A stretch of 64,000 bases of DNA, from positions 288,001 to 352,000 of the forward strand of contig CBDIIB010000002.1 of NCBI GenBank assembly GCA_965279525.1, given 5' to 3'. The stretch is from Tagaea sp. (GTDB lineage: Bacteria > Pseudomonadota > Alphaproteobacteria > CACIAM-22H2). The notes beneath the pieces were generated by a model. That model saw only the letters and a list, made by a program, of their open reading frames with translations. It did not search any database and was not told where the DNA came from. Position 1 is the stretch's first letter; each line of letters opens with the position of its first letter. Positions 21,037-31,302 of this stretch are shown one piece after another. A program made the position numbers and the translations under genes.

Positions 21037-22428
21037 TCACACCATCGGCAGGCTGCCCTCGGGCGGTTCTTCGAGAATTTCGACGAGCGTGCCGAGCGCG
21101 CGGATCACGGCATCGTCGGTGTCGGGTGCCGCCAGTGCGATGCGCACGGCGTGTGGCACGGGTGCACGTCCGACGGCAAACGCATTGGCCGGCGCCACGC
21201 CCACGCCGCGCCGGCGCGCCACGTCGACGAACTCCTCGCGTCGCCAGGGCTCGGGCAGCTTGAGCCAGACCTGGAAAGCGGCAGGATGGGCGGTGAAGTC
21301 GTGACCTTCGAGTATTTCGGCGGCAAGGGCCTGCCGGCGTTCGGCGAGACCCTTCTGCCAGCTCGCGGCCTTCAGCGCGTCGCCCGAGCGGATCATGCGC
21401 GCGGCGATCTCGCCGACCATCGGCGTCGTCATGTAGGCGCTGGCGCGGATCGCCGCCGACACGCGCTGTACGATCGCCTCGGGCGCGTGGAGATATCCGA
21501 GGCGCACGCCGGGTGCGATCGACTTCGACAGCGACGTGATGAAGATGCCCAGTTCCGGTGCCAGCGAGGAAAGCGGCGTGTTGGATTCGTCGAGGAAGCC
21601 GTAGATGTCGTCCTCGATGATCGCCACGCCGTAGCGCCGGCAGATTTCGGCGATCTGGCGGCGCCGCTCGATCGGCATCAGGCTCGTCGTCGGGTTCTGG
21701 AACGTGGGCAGCGTGTAGATCGCCTTGGGCGCGTGCTGCCGGCAGGCGGCCTCCAGCGCTTCGGGCACGAGCCCGTCGTCGTCGAGCTCGACGCCGACCA
21801 GCCGCACGCCGAGCAGGTTGGCGATCGACTTCATCCCGTAAAACGTCAACGCCTCGGTCAGCACGACGTCGCCGGGCCGGGCGAGGGCGGCGATTGCCAG
21901 CATCATGCCGTTCTGCGCGCCCGCAACCACGGCCACGCGCGCGGGATCGGCCGCGATGCCGCGCCGCGCGATCCATGCCGCACCCGCCTCGCGGTGTGCC
22001 GCAAGTCCGGCGTTGGGCACGTATGCCAGCAGCGGCGAGAGGTCTTCCTTGGCGAGATCGGCCATGTGGCGCGCGATCAGGCCGGCGGCCGGGCCGACGA
22101 TGGCGGGCAGGTTGCGCGACAGGTCGACATAGTCGTCGGTCGTCGGTGCCGGCGAGGGCATCACGTTGAGCGCGTCGCCGATGCGCTCGCGGATGAACGT
22201 GCCGCGGCCGACTTCGCCGGCGATCAACCCGCGCCGCTCGGCCTCGGCATAGGCGCGCGTGACGGTGCCGACGGTGACGCCGAGCTTCCAGGCGAGATCG
22301 CGATGAGTGGGCAGGCGGTCGCCGGGCTTGAGGCGGGTGGCCGCGATGTCGGCGGCGAGCATGTCGGCGATGGCGAGATAGCGGGGGCCGACGCGGGTGG
22401 CGATCGCGGGGATCCAATTTGTCATCAT
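21037..22428 (-). CDS. MocR-like GntR regulator (copy C, canonical)
   Basis: LPTHRDLA..GRGTFI; FQNPT; IIEDDIY; SLSKSIAPGVRLGY. Confidence 0.92.
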   Translation of the reverse strand: MMTNWIPAIATRVGPRYLAIADMLAADIAATRLKPGDRLPTHRDLAWKLGVTVGTVTRAYAEAERRGLIAGEVGRGTFIRERIGDALNVMPSPAPTTDDYVDLSRNLPAIVGPAAGLIARHMADLAKEDLSPLLAYVPNAGLAAHREAGAAWIARRGIAADPARVAVVAGAQNGMMLAIAALARPGDVVLTEALTFYGMKSIANLLGVRLVGVELDDDGLVPEALEAACRQHAPKAIYTLPTFQNPTTSLMPIERRRQIAEICRRYGVAIIEDDIYGFLDESNTPLSSLAPELGIFITSLSKSIAPGVRLGYLHAPEAIVQRVSAAIRASAYMTTPMVGEIAARMIRSGDALKAASWQKGLAERRQALAAEILEGHDFTAHPAAFQVWLKLPEPWRREEFVDVARRRGVGVAPANAFAVGRAPVPHAVRIALAAPDTDDAVIRALGTLVEILEEPPEGSLPMV

Positions 22429-22510
22429 GACAATGTATTGATTGACCCCATATTGTGTCAATGCGATGTTGCTCGCGGTAACAATTTTAGAGACATTGGC
22501 TGTCAAAGAG
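22429..22510. promoter_or_regulatory. Divergent promoter region with candidate MocR operator repeats (ACAAT/ATTGT)
   Basis: AT-rich gap with GACAAT, ATTGTG, ACAAT and GACATT between the regulator and the DUF1127 gene. Confidence 0.45.
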
Positions 22511-22519
22511 GAGGCTTGT

Positions 22520-22765
22520 ATGGCTACAATCGTGCAAACCGGACCGATCGAGCAAACCGTGCGGAACCTGCGTCCGCTCGTCGTTGCCCTCGTTCGCACG
22601 CTCGACCGCGTGCTCCTGACGGCCTTCGAGAAACTCTATGTCTGGCAGGAGCGTGCGACGCAGCGACACCAGCTGGCCGAGATGAGCGACTATATGCGCT
22701 CCGATCTCGGTCTCAGCCGCGGCGACGTCGAGCGCGAGGCCGGCAAGCCTTTCTGGCTCAACTGA
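22520..22765 (+). CDS. DUF1127 (YjiS-like) small protein
   Basis: WQERATQRHQLAEMSDYMRSDLGLSRGDVEREAGKPFW; GAGGAGG RBS; divergent from MocR. Confidence 0.88.
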   Translation: MATIVQTGPIEQTVRNLRPLVVALVRTLDRVLLTAFEKLYVWQERATQRHQLAEMSDYMRSDLGLSRGDVEREAGKPFWLN

Positions 22766-22834
22766 ACCCCGGCCACTGAACCCGGGCCGCGGCGGCAGCG
22801 CCGCCGCGGCTCCGCCTTCGCGGGTCCCGAACAG

Positions 22835-23458
22835 ATGTACATTCCGCCCCCCTTCGCGAGCCCGGGCGACGACGCGACTGCCGCACTGATCGCGCAGAAC
22901 GGCTTTGCCGTTCTCGTCGCGGCCGGTGACGACGGCGTGCCCGTCGCGGCACACCTGCCGCTGCAGCACGACGCCGCGCGCGGCGTGCTCGTCGGCCATC
23001 TCGCAGGTCCCAATCCGCTTGGCGACGTGCTGTCCGCCTGCGCGCGCGACAAGCGCGAGGTGCTGGCCGTGTTCCAGGGCGCGCACGGCTATGTCTCGCC
23101 CAGTTGGTACGTGGGCGCCCGCAACAGCGTGCCGACATGGAACTATGCGGTGGCGCATGTCTACGGCGTGCCGTCGACCTTCGACGACAGGCAGCGCCTG
23201 CGCCCGCTCGTCGACGGGCTCGCGCGCCAGTACGAACGCCACGGCTGGACGCTCGACGCGCAGGACGACGACTATGTCGACCGCATGCTGGGCGGCATCG
23301 TCGGATTCGAGATCGCGATCACGCGCCTTGAAGGCAAGTTCAAGATGTCGCAGAACCGCAATGCCGAAGACCGCGCCGGCGTGATCGCCGGACTCGAGGC
23401 AAGCGGCCGGCCGGACGATGCGGCACTGGCACAGGCCATGCGCGCGGCCGCGAAGTAG
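22835..23458 (+). CDS. FMN-binding negative transcriptional regulator (PaiB family)
   Basis: MYIPPPF, HGYVSPSWY, VPTWNY, KFKMSQNR. Confidence 0.9.
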   Translation: MYIPPPFASPGDDATAALIAQNGFAVLVAAGDDGVPVAAHLPLQHDAARGVLVGHLAGPNPLGDVLSACARDKREVLAVFQGAHGYVSPSWYVGARNSVPTWNYAVAHVYGVPSTFDDRQRLRPLVDGLARQYERHGWTLDAQDDDYVDRMLGGIVGFEIAITRLEGKFKMSQNRNAEDRAGVIAGLEASGRPDDAALAQAMRAAAK

Positions 23459-23471
23459 GGAGAAATCCGCC

Positions 23472-24254
23472 ATGCGCCTGCCGATCTACCAGGTCGACGC
23501 TTTCGCCAGCCACGTGTTCGACGGCAATCCCGCCGCCGTCGTGCCGCTGGAATCCTGGCTGCCGGACTCCGTCCTGCAGTCGATCGCGGCCGAGAACAAT
23601 CTTGCCGAGACCGCCTTCTTCGTGCGCGAGGGCGACGATTTTGCGCTTCGCTGGTTCACGCCCGCGATCGAAGTGCCGCTGTGCGGGCATGCAACGCTCG
23701 CCACCGCCTTCGTCATCCTGACGCTACTCGAACCAGGCCGCGCGGACGTGCGGTTCTCGACCAAATCCGGCGTGCTGTCCGTTTCGCGCGCCGGCGAACG
23801 CTTCGCGCTCGATTTTCCGGCACGCGGGCTGGAGCCATGCGACGAGGGTGCGGCCGTGGGTGCCGCACTCGGCGGCAGGCCGGTTTCGGTCCAGCTATCC
23901 GTCGACCGCTACATGGTCCTTTATGAAGACGCCGCGAGCGTTCGGGCTTTGAAGCCGGATATCCGCGCGCTGATGGCCACGCGGCGCGGGCGTGCCATCG
24001 CGACCGCACCGGGCGACGACTGCGACTTCGTCTCGCGGTTTTTCGCGCCCGCTGCCGGCATCGACGAAGATCCGGTCACCGGGTCCGCGCACTGCACGCT
24101 CGTGCCCTATTGGTCGGCCCGGCTGGGCAAGACCACACTGCTCGCCCGGCAGGTGGGCCCGCGTGGCGGCACGCTCCATTGCGAACACGCCGGTGCACGC
24201 ACGATCATGGCGGGGACCGCGAAGCTCTTTCTCGAGGGCACGATCCATGTCTGA
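23472..24254 (+). CDS. PhzF-family isomerase
   Basis: QVDAF, GNPAAV, ENNLAETAF, LCGHATLA, EDPVTGSAH. Confidence 0.92.
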   Translation: MRLPIYQVDAFASHVFDGNPAAVVPLESWLPDSVLQSIAAENNLAETAFFVREGDDFALRWFTPAIEVPLCGHATLATAFVILTLLEPGRADVRFSTKSGVLSVSRAGERFALDFPARGLEPCDEGAAVGAALGGRPVSVQLSVDRYMVLYEDAASVRALKPDIRALMATRRGRAIATAPGDDCDFVSRFFAPAAGIDEDPVTGSAHCTLVPYWSARLGKTTLLARQVGPRGGTLHCEHAGARTIMAGTAKLFLEGTIHV

Positions 24255-24723
24255 CGTGATGCTGCTGCGCTATGCCGAGGGTGCCGGCGACATCGACACG
24301 GTCCGCACGCTGTTTTCCGAGTACCAGCAGGGCCTCGGCGTGTCGCTCTGCTTCCAGGATTTCGAGGCCGAGCTTGCCGGCCTGCCCGGCAAGTACGCGA
24401 ACCCCGAGGGGTGCATCCTGCTGGCCGAAGCCGACGGGAAGCCGGCGGGCGTCGTGGCGCTGCGCGCGCTCGTCGGCGACACGGTGGCGGAGATGAAGCG
24501 CCTCTATGTGCGCCCGTCGGCGCGCGGGCGGGGCCTCGGCCGCCGGCTGGCTTCGGCGATCGTCGACGAGGCGCGCAAGCGGCGCTACGAAGCGCTGCGG
24601 CTCGACACGCTGCCGCATCTGGCCGAGGCGATCGAGCTCTACCGCGCGATGGGGTTCGTCGAGATCCCGGCCTACAATGACAACCCGCTGTCGGGCGTGC
24701 GCTACTACGAGTACCGGCTTTGA
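24247..24723 (+). CDS. GNAT acetyltransferase
   Basis: EMKRLYVRPSARGRGLG, LDTL, LYRAMGF. Confidence 0.9.
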   Translation: MSDVMLLRYAEGAGDIDTVRTLFSEYQQGLGVSLCFQDFEAELAGLPGKYANPEGCILLAEADGKPAGVVALRALVGDTVAEMKRLYVRPSARGRGLGRRLASAIVDEARKRRYEALRLDTLPHLAEAIELYRAMGFVEIPAYNDNPLSGVRYYEYRL

Positions 24724-25178
24724 GCGTCTGGACCAGACCCGACGGCTTTTCGGTCAGCGACGAGACGGCCCGGCTCGACCGCGATCGCGTCTATGGCTGG
24801 ATTTCGGGTGCCTACTGGGCCGCCGGCATTCCGCGCGACGTGTTCGATCGGTCGCTCGACGGTGCGATGTGCTTCGGCATCTACGCGCCGGACGGCATTC
24901 AGGTCGGCTTCGCGCGGGTGATGACCGACCGCGCCACGTTCGGCTACATCGGCGACGTGTTCGTGGAGCCGGCGATGCGCGGCCGCGGCCTGTCGAAATT
25001 CCTGCTCGACACGATCTTCGCGCATCCCGATTTGCAGGGCTTCCGGCGCTGGTCGCTGGCGACGCGCGACGCGCATGCGCTCTACCAGCGCTACGGCTTC
25101 ACGCCGCTGGCCGATCCGGCGCGCTACATGGAACGCGCCGACCCGCATGTCTATGCGCGCGCGAAGACGGGCACATAG
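24720..25178 (+). CDS. GNAT acetyltransferase
   Basis: QVGFARVMTD, DVFV..RGRGLSK, DAHALYQRYGF. Confidence 0.9.
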   Translation: MSVWTRPDGFSVSDETARLDRDRVYGWISGAYWAAGIPRDVFDRSLDGAMCFGIYAPDGIQVGFARVMTDRATFGYIGDVFVEPAMRGRGLSKFLLDTIFAHPDLQGFRRWSLATRDAHALYQRYGFTPLADPARYMERADPHVYARAKTGT

Positions 25179-25181
25179 GCG

Positions 25182-25781
25182 ATGCTGCCGCTCGACCAGT
25201 TCCTCGCACTGCTCGTCTTCTCGTTCGTGACCTCGGCCACGCCGGGGCCGAACAACATGATGTTGCTCGCCTCGGGCGTGAATTTCGGCTTCGCGCGCAC
25301 GATCCCGCACATGTTGGGCATCGGGCTCGGCTTCATGCTGATGGTGCTGCTGGTGGGTCTCGGGATCGGCCAGCTCTTCGCGCTGCTGCCGTGGCTGCAC
25401 ACGGCGCTGAAAGTCGTCGGTCTTGTCTACATGCTGTGGCTCGCGTGGAAGATCGCCAATGCCGGCACGATCGGCGAGGCGGGCGAATCCGGCCGGCCGA
25501 TGACGTTCCTTGCCGCCGCGGCATTCCAGTGGGTCAATCCGAAGGCCTGGGCGATGGCGATCTCGGCCGTCGCGACCTATACGCTGGCCGACGATTACAT
25601 CTTCAGCGTGGCCGTCGTCGCCCTCACGTTCGGCCTCGTCAACCTGCCGACGGTCTCGACCTGGGCGCTGTTCGGCGTCTGGCTGCGCCGGTTCCTTTCG
25701 GACCCGCGCACGGTGCGGTGGTTCAACTGGACGATGGCCATCCTGCTCGTGGCCTCGCTGCTGCCGGTCCTCGCGCCATGA
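25182..25781 (+). CDS. LysE-family translocator
   Basis: TPGPNNMMLLASG, FQWVNPKAW; six hydrophobic segments. Confidence 0.9.
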   Translation: MLPLDQFLALLVFSFVTSATPGPNNMMLLASGVNFGFARTIPHMLGIGLGFMLMVLLVGLGIGQLFALLPWLHTALKVVGLVYMLWLAWKIANAGTIGEAGESGRPMTFLAAAAFQWVNPKAWAMAISAVATYTLADDYIFSVAVVALTFGLVNLPTVSTWALFGVWLRRFLSDPRTVRWFNWTMAILLVASLLPVLAP

Positions 25782-26161
25782 ACCACGAATCGCTCGCCCG
25801 CATCTGCTACGACGCGATCCGCGCCTACGGGAAGACGATCGGCGAGGTCTATCTGCGCTGGCCGGACGCGCGACCCTCGGTGCGCGAGAGTTTCGCGGGT
25901 GCGGTCGCGTATCTGCTGGAAGCGCCTTCGGCAAGCGTCCGGGATCTCCACGGCCACTGGCTCGCCGTCCGCATCCAGCAGGGCTGGCAGTACGGTCCCC
26001 AGCGCGACGAGGCCCGGCGCCTGCATCCCGCGATGGTCCCGTGGGAGGACGTGGTCGAACGCGAATACCTGAAATTCGTGCTGATGCACCGGATCGTCGA
26101 TGTTTTCCGCGAGCATGTGGTGCCGCGCCTGAAAGTCGAAAAGGAACCGGGGCCGGGCTGA
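25778..26161 (+). CDS. Stand-alone RyR-domain protein
   Basis: H..W...R...GWQYGPQRDEARRLHPAMVPW matches the RyR repeat pattern; ATGA overlap with lysE. Confidence 0.75.
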   Translation: MNHESLARICYDAIRAYGKTIGEVYLRWPDARPSVRESFAGAVAYLLEAPSASVRDLHGHWLAVRIQQGWQYGPQRDEARRLHPAMVPWEDVVEREYLKFVLMHRIVDVFREHVVPRLKVEKEPGPG

Positions 26162-26213
26162 GGCCGCAAGTTCCGGGTGGTTCGCGGCTCCGCTTCTCCC
26201 TATTTTCATCGTC

Positions 26214-27059
26214 ATGAACGATTACGAACGCATCGAGAAGGCGTTGGCCTTCCTGGAGAGCAGCGTCGAGGACCAGCCGGATCTCGATCGCGTGGCAGCC
26301 GAGATCGGCCTGTCGCCCTTCCATTTCCAGCGGCTGTTCACGCGCTGGGTCGGGGTCAGCCCGAAGAAGTTCCTCCAGTATCTCAGCCTCGACCGCGCCA
26401 AGAAGTGCCTGGCGGGGGCGGGCTCGGTGCTCGACGCCAGCCTCGAGGCGGGCCTGTCGGGGCCGGGGCGCCTGCACGACCTGTTCGTGGCCTACGAGTC
26501 GGTCACGCCCGGCGAGTTCAAGCGGCGCGGCGAGGGGCTGGCGATCGCGTGGGGCTGGGCACAATCGCCGTTCGGCGACGCGCTGGTGATGACGACGGCG
26601 CGCGGAATCTGCGGCCTTGCCTTCGCCATGCCCGGCGAGGACGGGCGGGGCGAAGCGCTCGCCGACATGAAGGCGCGCTGGCCGGGGGCCGATTATCGCG
26701 AGGATGCGCGCGCGGTGGGCAAGCTCGCCGCGCGCCTGTTCGATCCGGCGCGAAAGCCGGGCGACGACCTGAAGATCGTGCTCTACGGCTCGCCCTGGCA
26801 GATCAAGGTGTGGGAGGCGCTGCTGACCATCCCGCCGGGCCAACTCGTTGCCTATGACGACATAGCACTTCGCATCGGTTCGCCATCCGCAAGCCGTGCG
26901 GTCGGCACGGCCGTGGGGGCGAACCCGATCTCGTGGCTCGTGCCGTGCCATCGCGTGATCCGCAAGTCGGGGGCGATCAGCCACTATCACTGGGGACGGC
27001 CGCGCAAGCTCGCGATGATCGGCTGGGAAGCCGCCCAGGCCGAGGCGTTGCTGTCCTAG
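26214..27059 (+). CDS. ada: AraC-HTH / methylated-DNA-protein-cysteine methyltransferase (Ada-like)
   Basis: LSPFHFQRLF HTH; RAVGTA, VPCHRV active site. Confidence 0.9.
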   Translation: MNDYERIEKALAFLESSVEDQPDLDRVAAEIGLSPFHFQRLFTRWVGVSPKKFLQYLSLDRAKKCLAGAGSVLDASLEAGLSGPGRLHDLFVAYESVTPGEFKRRGEGLAIAWGWAQSPFGDALVMTTARGICGLAFAMPGEDGRGEALADMKARWPGADYREDARAVGKLAARLFDPARKPGDDLKIVLYGSPWQIKVWEALLTIPPGQLVAYDDIALRIGSPSASRAVGTAVGANPISWLVPCHRVIRKSGAISHYHWGRPRKLAMIGWEAAQAEALLS

Positions 27060-27391
27060 CTATGCGACCGGTATCCTGGCTTGGCGTCACGTTACGTCGC
27101 TTCGCAGGTGCTTGAAAGACATCGGGCGCTCTAGTCGAGAGTGCCGCCGCCTTCCGCTTCAATCTTCAATTCAAGCGGCCCGCTCGACAAGGTGGGAGCG
27201 ACGATCAGGCTGCCGGGCACCGTCAAAGTCGAGATCAAGGCGATCCTGTCGGCGAGGGTTGGTCGCCATGTGTGACGGCGGTCGCATTTAGGGGCCCCGG
27301 TCCCCTATTCGGAAACCAGCCGCACGAAGATATGACCGGTTTGGGACCCTGATCCCGAGACGGGAGCGGCTCCGGAACTTACACCGGCTCC

Positions 27392-28225
27392 ATGCTCGAC
27401 ACCTTCCTGGAACCGGCGTCTCGACGCCGGGACTTCGTCATCGCTTTGCACTGCTCGGGTGCCGGCCCCCGCCAATGGATGCCGCTCGCGACTACCCTCG
27501 GTCCGGATTACGACCTGTCCGCGCCGATGTATTTCGGCTCCGAGAAGATCGGGCCGTGGCCCGGCGAGACCGCATTCGCCCTCGCCGACGAAGCCGCGAG
27601 CAGCCTTTCCCTCATCGACGGCATGGACGGCAAGGTCCACCTCGTCGGCCACTCCTATGGCGGGGCACTCGCCCTCCATATCGCGCGAGTACGGCCCGAG
27701 CGCGTCGCCAGCCTCGTACTCTACGAGCCATCGGCGTTCCATCTGCTGAAGCAGATCGACGGCGCCACCGACGCCTTTGCCGAGATCGCCGGGATCAGCG
27801 AGAAGATCGCCGCGTCCGTCGTGCGCGGCGACTACCGCGACGCCGCGCACAATTTCATCGATTACTGGGGCGGGCCGGACGCCTGGGCAGCACTGCACCC
27901 GCCGGTCAAGCAGGCTCTCACCCGCTGGATGCCCAAGGCACCGCTCGATTTCCACGCCCTGTTCGAGGAACCGACGCCATTGAGCGTCTATTCGAAACTC
28001 GATTTTCCGGTGCTTCTGCTGCGTGGCGAGAACGCGCTGCACCCAAGCCGCCTGATCGTCGAAGCCCTCGCAGCTGCGTTGCCGATGACCCGGCTCCAGG
28101 TCATCGCCGGTGCCGGGCATATGGGGCCGCTCACTCATCCGGAATCGGTCGCCGCCGCGATCGCGCTTCGCATCGCCGACGCACGCGTCAACCCCTCCCC
28201 AGTCCCTTCGTTCGTCGTACGGTAA
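27392..28225 (+). CDS. Alpha/beta hydrolase
   Basis: LHCSG, GHSYGG nucleophile elbow, GHMGP. Confidence 0.85.
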   Translation: MLDTFLEPASRRRDFVIALHCSGAGPRQWMPLATTLGPDYDLSAPMYFGSEKIGPWPGETAFALADEAASSLSLIDGMDGKVHLVGHSYGGALALHIARVRPERVASLVLYEPSAFHLLKQIDGATDAFAEIAGISEKIAASVVRGDYRDAAHNFIDYWGGPDAWAALHPPVKQALTRWMPKAPLDFHALFEEPTPLSVYSKLDFPVLLLRGENALHPSRLIVEALAAALPMTRLQVIAGAGHMGPLTHPESVAAAIALRIADARVNPSPVPSFVVR

Positions 28226-28238
28226 AGGAACCCTGATC

Positions 28239-29021
28239 ATGAGAGTCTTCGGATTGGTTTACGGAGTTGCGGCCTATACCTTTTTTCTGGGCACGTTTCT
28301 GTACGCGATCGGCTTCGTCGGCAACCTGATCGTGCCGAAATCGATCGATGTCGGCGGCGCCGGCGCTCCGCTCGTCGAAGCGCTGATCGTCGATGTGCTG
28401 TTTCTCGCCTTGTTCGCGATCCAGCACAGCGTAATGGCTCGCCAGGGTTTCAAGCGTGTGTGGACGCGGATCATCCCCAAGCCGCTCGAGCGCAGCACGT
28501 ACGTCCTGCTGGCCAGCGTGATTCTCGTCGGCCTGTTCTACCACTGGCGGCCGATCATCGGAATCGTGTGGACGGTGGACAACGCCGCCGCGCGACAGGT
28601 TCTGCATGCCCTGTTCTGGTTCGGCTGGGCGACGGTGCTGGCCAGCACCTTCCTGATCAGCCATTTCGAGCTGTTCGGACTGAAACAAGTGGTCAATGCC
28701 GCACAGGGTCGCGACGTCGGCGAGATGGCCTTCAAGACGCCGGGCCTTTACCGCCTAGTGCGACACCCGCTTTATCTCGGTTTCCTCATCGCGTTCTGGT
28801 CGACGCCCGATATGACGGTCGGTCATCTGTTCTTCGCGATCGCGACGACCGGCTACATATTCATCGGCATCGCGCTCGAGGAGCGCGACCTGATCGGCAT
28901 GTTCGGGGAGCGCTACCGCCAGTATCGGCGCGAGGTGCGCATGCTCCTCCCGTTGCCGAAGCGGGCGGACAAGGCAGCCGAGGTGAGCGGGACCGGTCGA
29001 CTGGGTGCTCGCGATCTCTAG
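28239..29021 (+). CDS. mddA: Methanethiol S-methyltransferase (ICMT-like membrane protein)
   Basis: [44 protein letters not shown]. Confidence 0.82.
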   Translation: MRVFGLVYGVAAYTFFLGTFLYAIGFVGNLIVPKSIDVGGAGAPLVEALIVDVLFLALFAIQHSVMARQGFKRVWTRIIPKPLERSTYVLLASVILVGLFYHWRPIIGIVWTVDNAAARQVLHALFWFGWATVLASTFLISHFELFGLKQVVNAAQGRDVGEMAFKTPGLYRLVRHPLYLGFLIAFWSTPDMTVGHLFFAIATTGYIFIGIALEERDLIGMFGERYRQYRREVRMLLPLPKRADKAAEVSGTGRLGARDL

Positions 29022-29055
29022 GCGAGCCGCGACCGGTCGAAGATCGCCGCGCGTC

Positions 29056-29429
29056 ATGCTCTCTCCTCGGCTGATTCCCGAAGATGAGCAGCGCGCGGCG
29101 TGCGCCTGCATGGTGACGCTGCTCGGCCTTCTCCTGGGGATGAAGCGCGATGTCGTCTCACCAACCGTCGATGCGCTGCATGCCGAATGCGCGCCTTGTT
29201 CGACGAGCTGAGTCGCCTCGATCTGACCGCGGCGATGCCGCCGGACGTCGATCTGATTCGCGCCATCGCCAAGCGGCTGATCAGCGTTGGCGAAGAGCTG
29301 GATGACATCACTGCAAGCGTCCTGCCGACTTGCGACGAGGTCAGGATCCGGGCTGCCGGAGAACGTATGATTCGGTTCTCGGAATTCCTTTTCCAGCTCT
29401 CTCCGTCCCGGATTTCCGGCGACCATTAG
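29056..29429 (+). pseudogene. Hypothetical protein apparently split by a frameshift near 29190
   Basis: Adding one base joins ...DALHAEC to RALFDELSRL...; otherwise a short ORF from 29187. Confidence 0.35.
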
Positions 29430-29643
29430 GCGCCAACGTCATACAGAGATTTTGCCCAATCTACTGGGATTCAATGATGTTCAGTTGGACCATGCGCCAC
29501 CCGTATTGACACCCCGGACGGTGCGTATTACCTCCGCAACCGCGGATAGCGTTAGCGCCTACAATCGTGTGGAAAGCGCTTCTGCGCGTGCCATTCGGCG
29601 CAGCGACCGGGTCGCGTCGGGGATTCGGATAAGGGGAGCGCCC

Positions 29644-30738
29644 ATGGGCACGACGACCGGACTTCGCCAACGCGTCCGCTTCTGCACATCTGCAGGCGAC
29701 GGCGCCCGCATTGCGTTTGCAAAGCGTGGCAACGGTCCACCGATCGTGAAGTCGGGAAATTCGCTCAGCCATCTCGATTTCGAGAAGGACAGCACGGTCT
29801 GGCGGCACTATGCGGCAGACCTTGCAAGCCATTACACATACATCAATTACGACCCGCGCGGCTGTGGCCTTTCCGACCGCGACGTCGGCGACATGTCGTT
29901 CGAGGCCTCGCTGCGCGATCTCGAAGCCGTGGTCGACGCGGCGAAGCTCGAGCGGTTCTCGCTGCTGGCGCTATGCGGCGGCTCGGCGGTGGCGCTCGCC
30001 TATGCCGCCAAGCATCCGGACCGCGTCAGCCACCTCGTGATCCATGGCGGCTACGCAATGGGCCCGATGCGCCGCTCGACTGCCCCGCATGTGCGCGAGG
30101 TTTATGAGAGCATCGCCAAACTCGTCGAGTTTGGTTGGGAGTTGGTGAGCCCGGCGATCCGCCAGATGATCGCCCTGCAGTTCCTGCCCGACGCGACGCC
30201 CGAGCACTATCGCGCCTTCCACGAATTTGCCCGCGCCTCGGTCTCCTCGAGCAGTTTCGCGGCTCGCTTCCGCATTCTGTACGACCTCGACGTCGGCGAA
30301 TTTGCGCGTCAGGTGACTTGTCCGACCCTCGTTACCCACTCGATGAACGACCAGTGGGTGCCGATGGAGGAAGGCCGCTTTCTCGCCAGCCTCATTCCGC
30401 AAGCGCAGTTCGTGCCGATCCGCAGCCAGAACCACCTGCTGCTCGCGCATGAATCGAGCTGGCGGCAGTGGATCGACGAGATCCGGTCGTTCATCTCGGC
30501 CGAGGCGTCTTACTCGCCGTTTTTCGGCGACCTGACGCGCCGTGAGCGCGAGCTCGTCGACCTGATGGCGCGCGGGCTGAGCAACATGGAGATCGCCGCC
30601 GAGCTCGAGCTCAGCCAGAAGACGGTCAAGAACTACATCACGAGCGTCTTCGCCAAGCTCGAAGTGGAAAGTCGCGCCCAGCTGATCGTGCGCGCCCGCG
30701 AAGCCGGCTTCGGCAGCCTGCAAGCCCTCGCCAGCTAG
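29644..30738 (+). CDS. Alpha/beta hydrolase-fold sensor fused to LuxR HTH
   Basis: YDPRGCGLSDR; nucleophile elbow ALCGGS; C-terminal LTRRERE..GLSNMEIA..TVKNY. Confidence 0.88.
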   Translation: MGTTTGLRQRVRFCTSAGDGARIAFAKRGNGPPIVKSGNSLSHLDFEKDSTVWRHYAADLASHYTYINYDPRGCGLSDRDVGDMSFEASLRDLEAVVDAAKLERFSLLALCGGSAVALAYAAKHPDRVSHLVIHGGYAMGPMRRSTAPHVREVYESIAKLVEFGWELVSPAIRQMIALQFLPDATPEHYRAFHEFARASVSSSSFAARFRILYDLDVGEFARQVTCPTLVTHSMNDQWVPMEEGRFLASLIPQAQFVPIRSQNHLLLAHESSWRQWIDEIRSFISAEASYSPFFGDLTRRERELVDLMARGLSNMEIAAELELSQKTVKNYITSVFAKLEVESRAQLIVRAREAGFGSLQALAS

Positions 30739-30837
30739 ATCGTCGATCGGACGCCTTGGGAGTCGCGAACAGGGCAGGCGTGGCACTGGCGGGGGCACCG
30801 CCGCACGGCTAGTCTCCCCGTCTGGGAGATACGTACG

Positions 30838-31302
30838 ATGACGGCACCGCGACAGGACTACTACCTCGATGAACTCAAGGTCGGCGACCGCTTCGAGAGC
30901 GGCGGCTACACGTTCACGGAATCGAGCATCATCGATTTCGCCTTCGCCTACGATCCGCAGCCCTTCCATATCGACGCCGACGCGGCGCACAAATCGAATT
31001 ATGGCGGACTGATCGCGTCGGGCTTCCATACGCTCGCGGTCGCGTTCCGGCTCCTTTATCAGACCGGCTTCATCCGCTCGGCTTCGATGGGCGGACCGGG
31101 CATGGACGAGCTGCGCTGGCTGAAGCCCGTCCATGTCGGCGACACGCTGCGTAGCCGGGGCGAGGTCAGGGACATCGTGCCGTCGAAATCGAAGCCCGAC
31201 CGCGGCATCCTCAAGTTCCACCTGACGGCGCTCAACCAGCGCGACGAGGCGGTGATGACGGTGACGCTCATCATCCTCGTCAAGCGGGTGCGCGACGCAT
31301 GA
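30838..31302 (+). CDS. MaoC-family dehydratase
   Basis: YDPQPFHID, GLIASGFHT, LRWLKPVHVGDTL. Confidence 0.9.
   Translation: MTAPRQDYYLDELKVGDRFESGGYTFTESSIIDFAFAYDPQPFHIDADAAHKSNYGGLIASGFHTLAVAFRLLYQTGFIRSASMGGPGMDELRWLKPVHVGDTLRSRGEVRDIVPSKSKPDRGILKFHLTALNQRDEAVMTVTLIILVKRVRDA

Noticed and set aside
27120-27300. Fragment reading ...PGTVKVEIKAI, like a RidA C-terminus
   Set aside because: Too short, with no start codon or other motifs.
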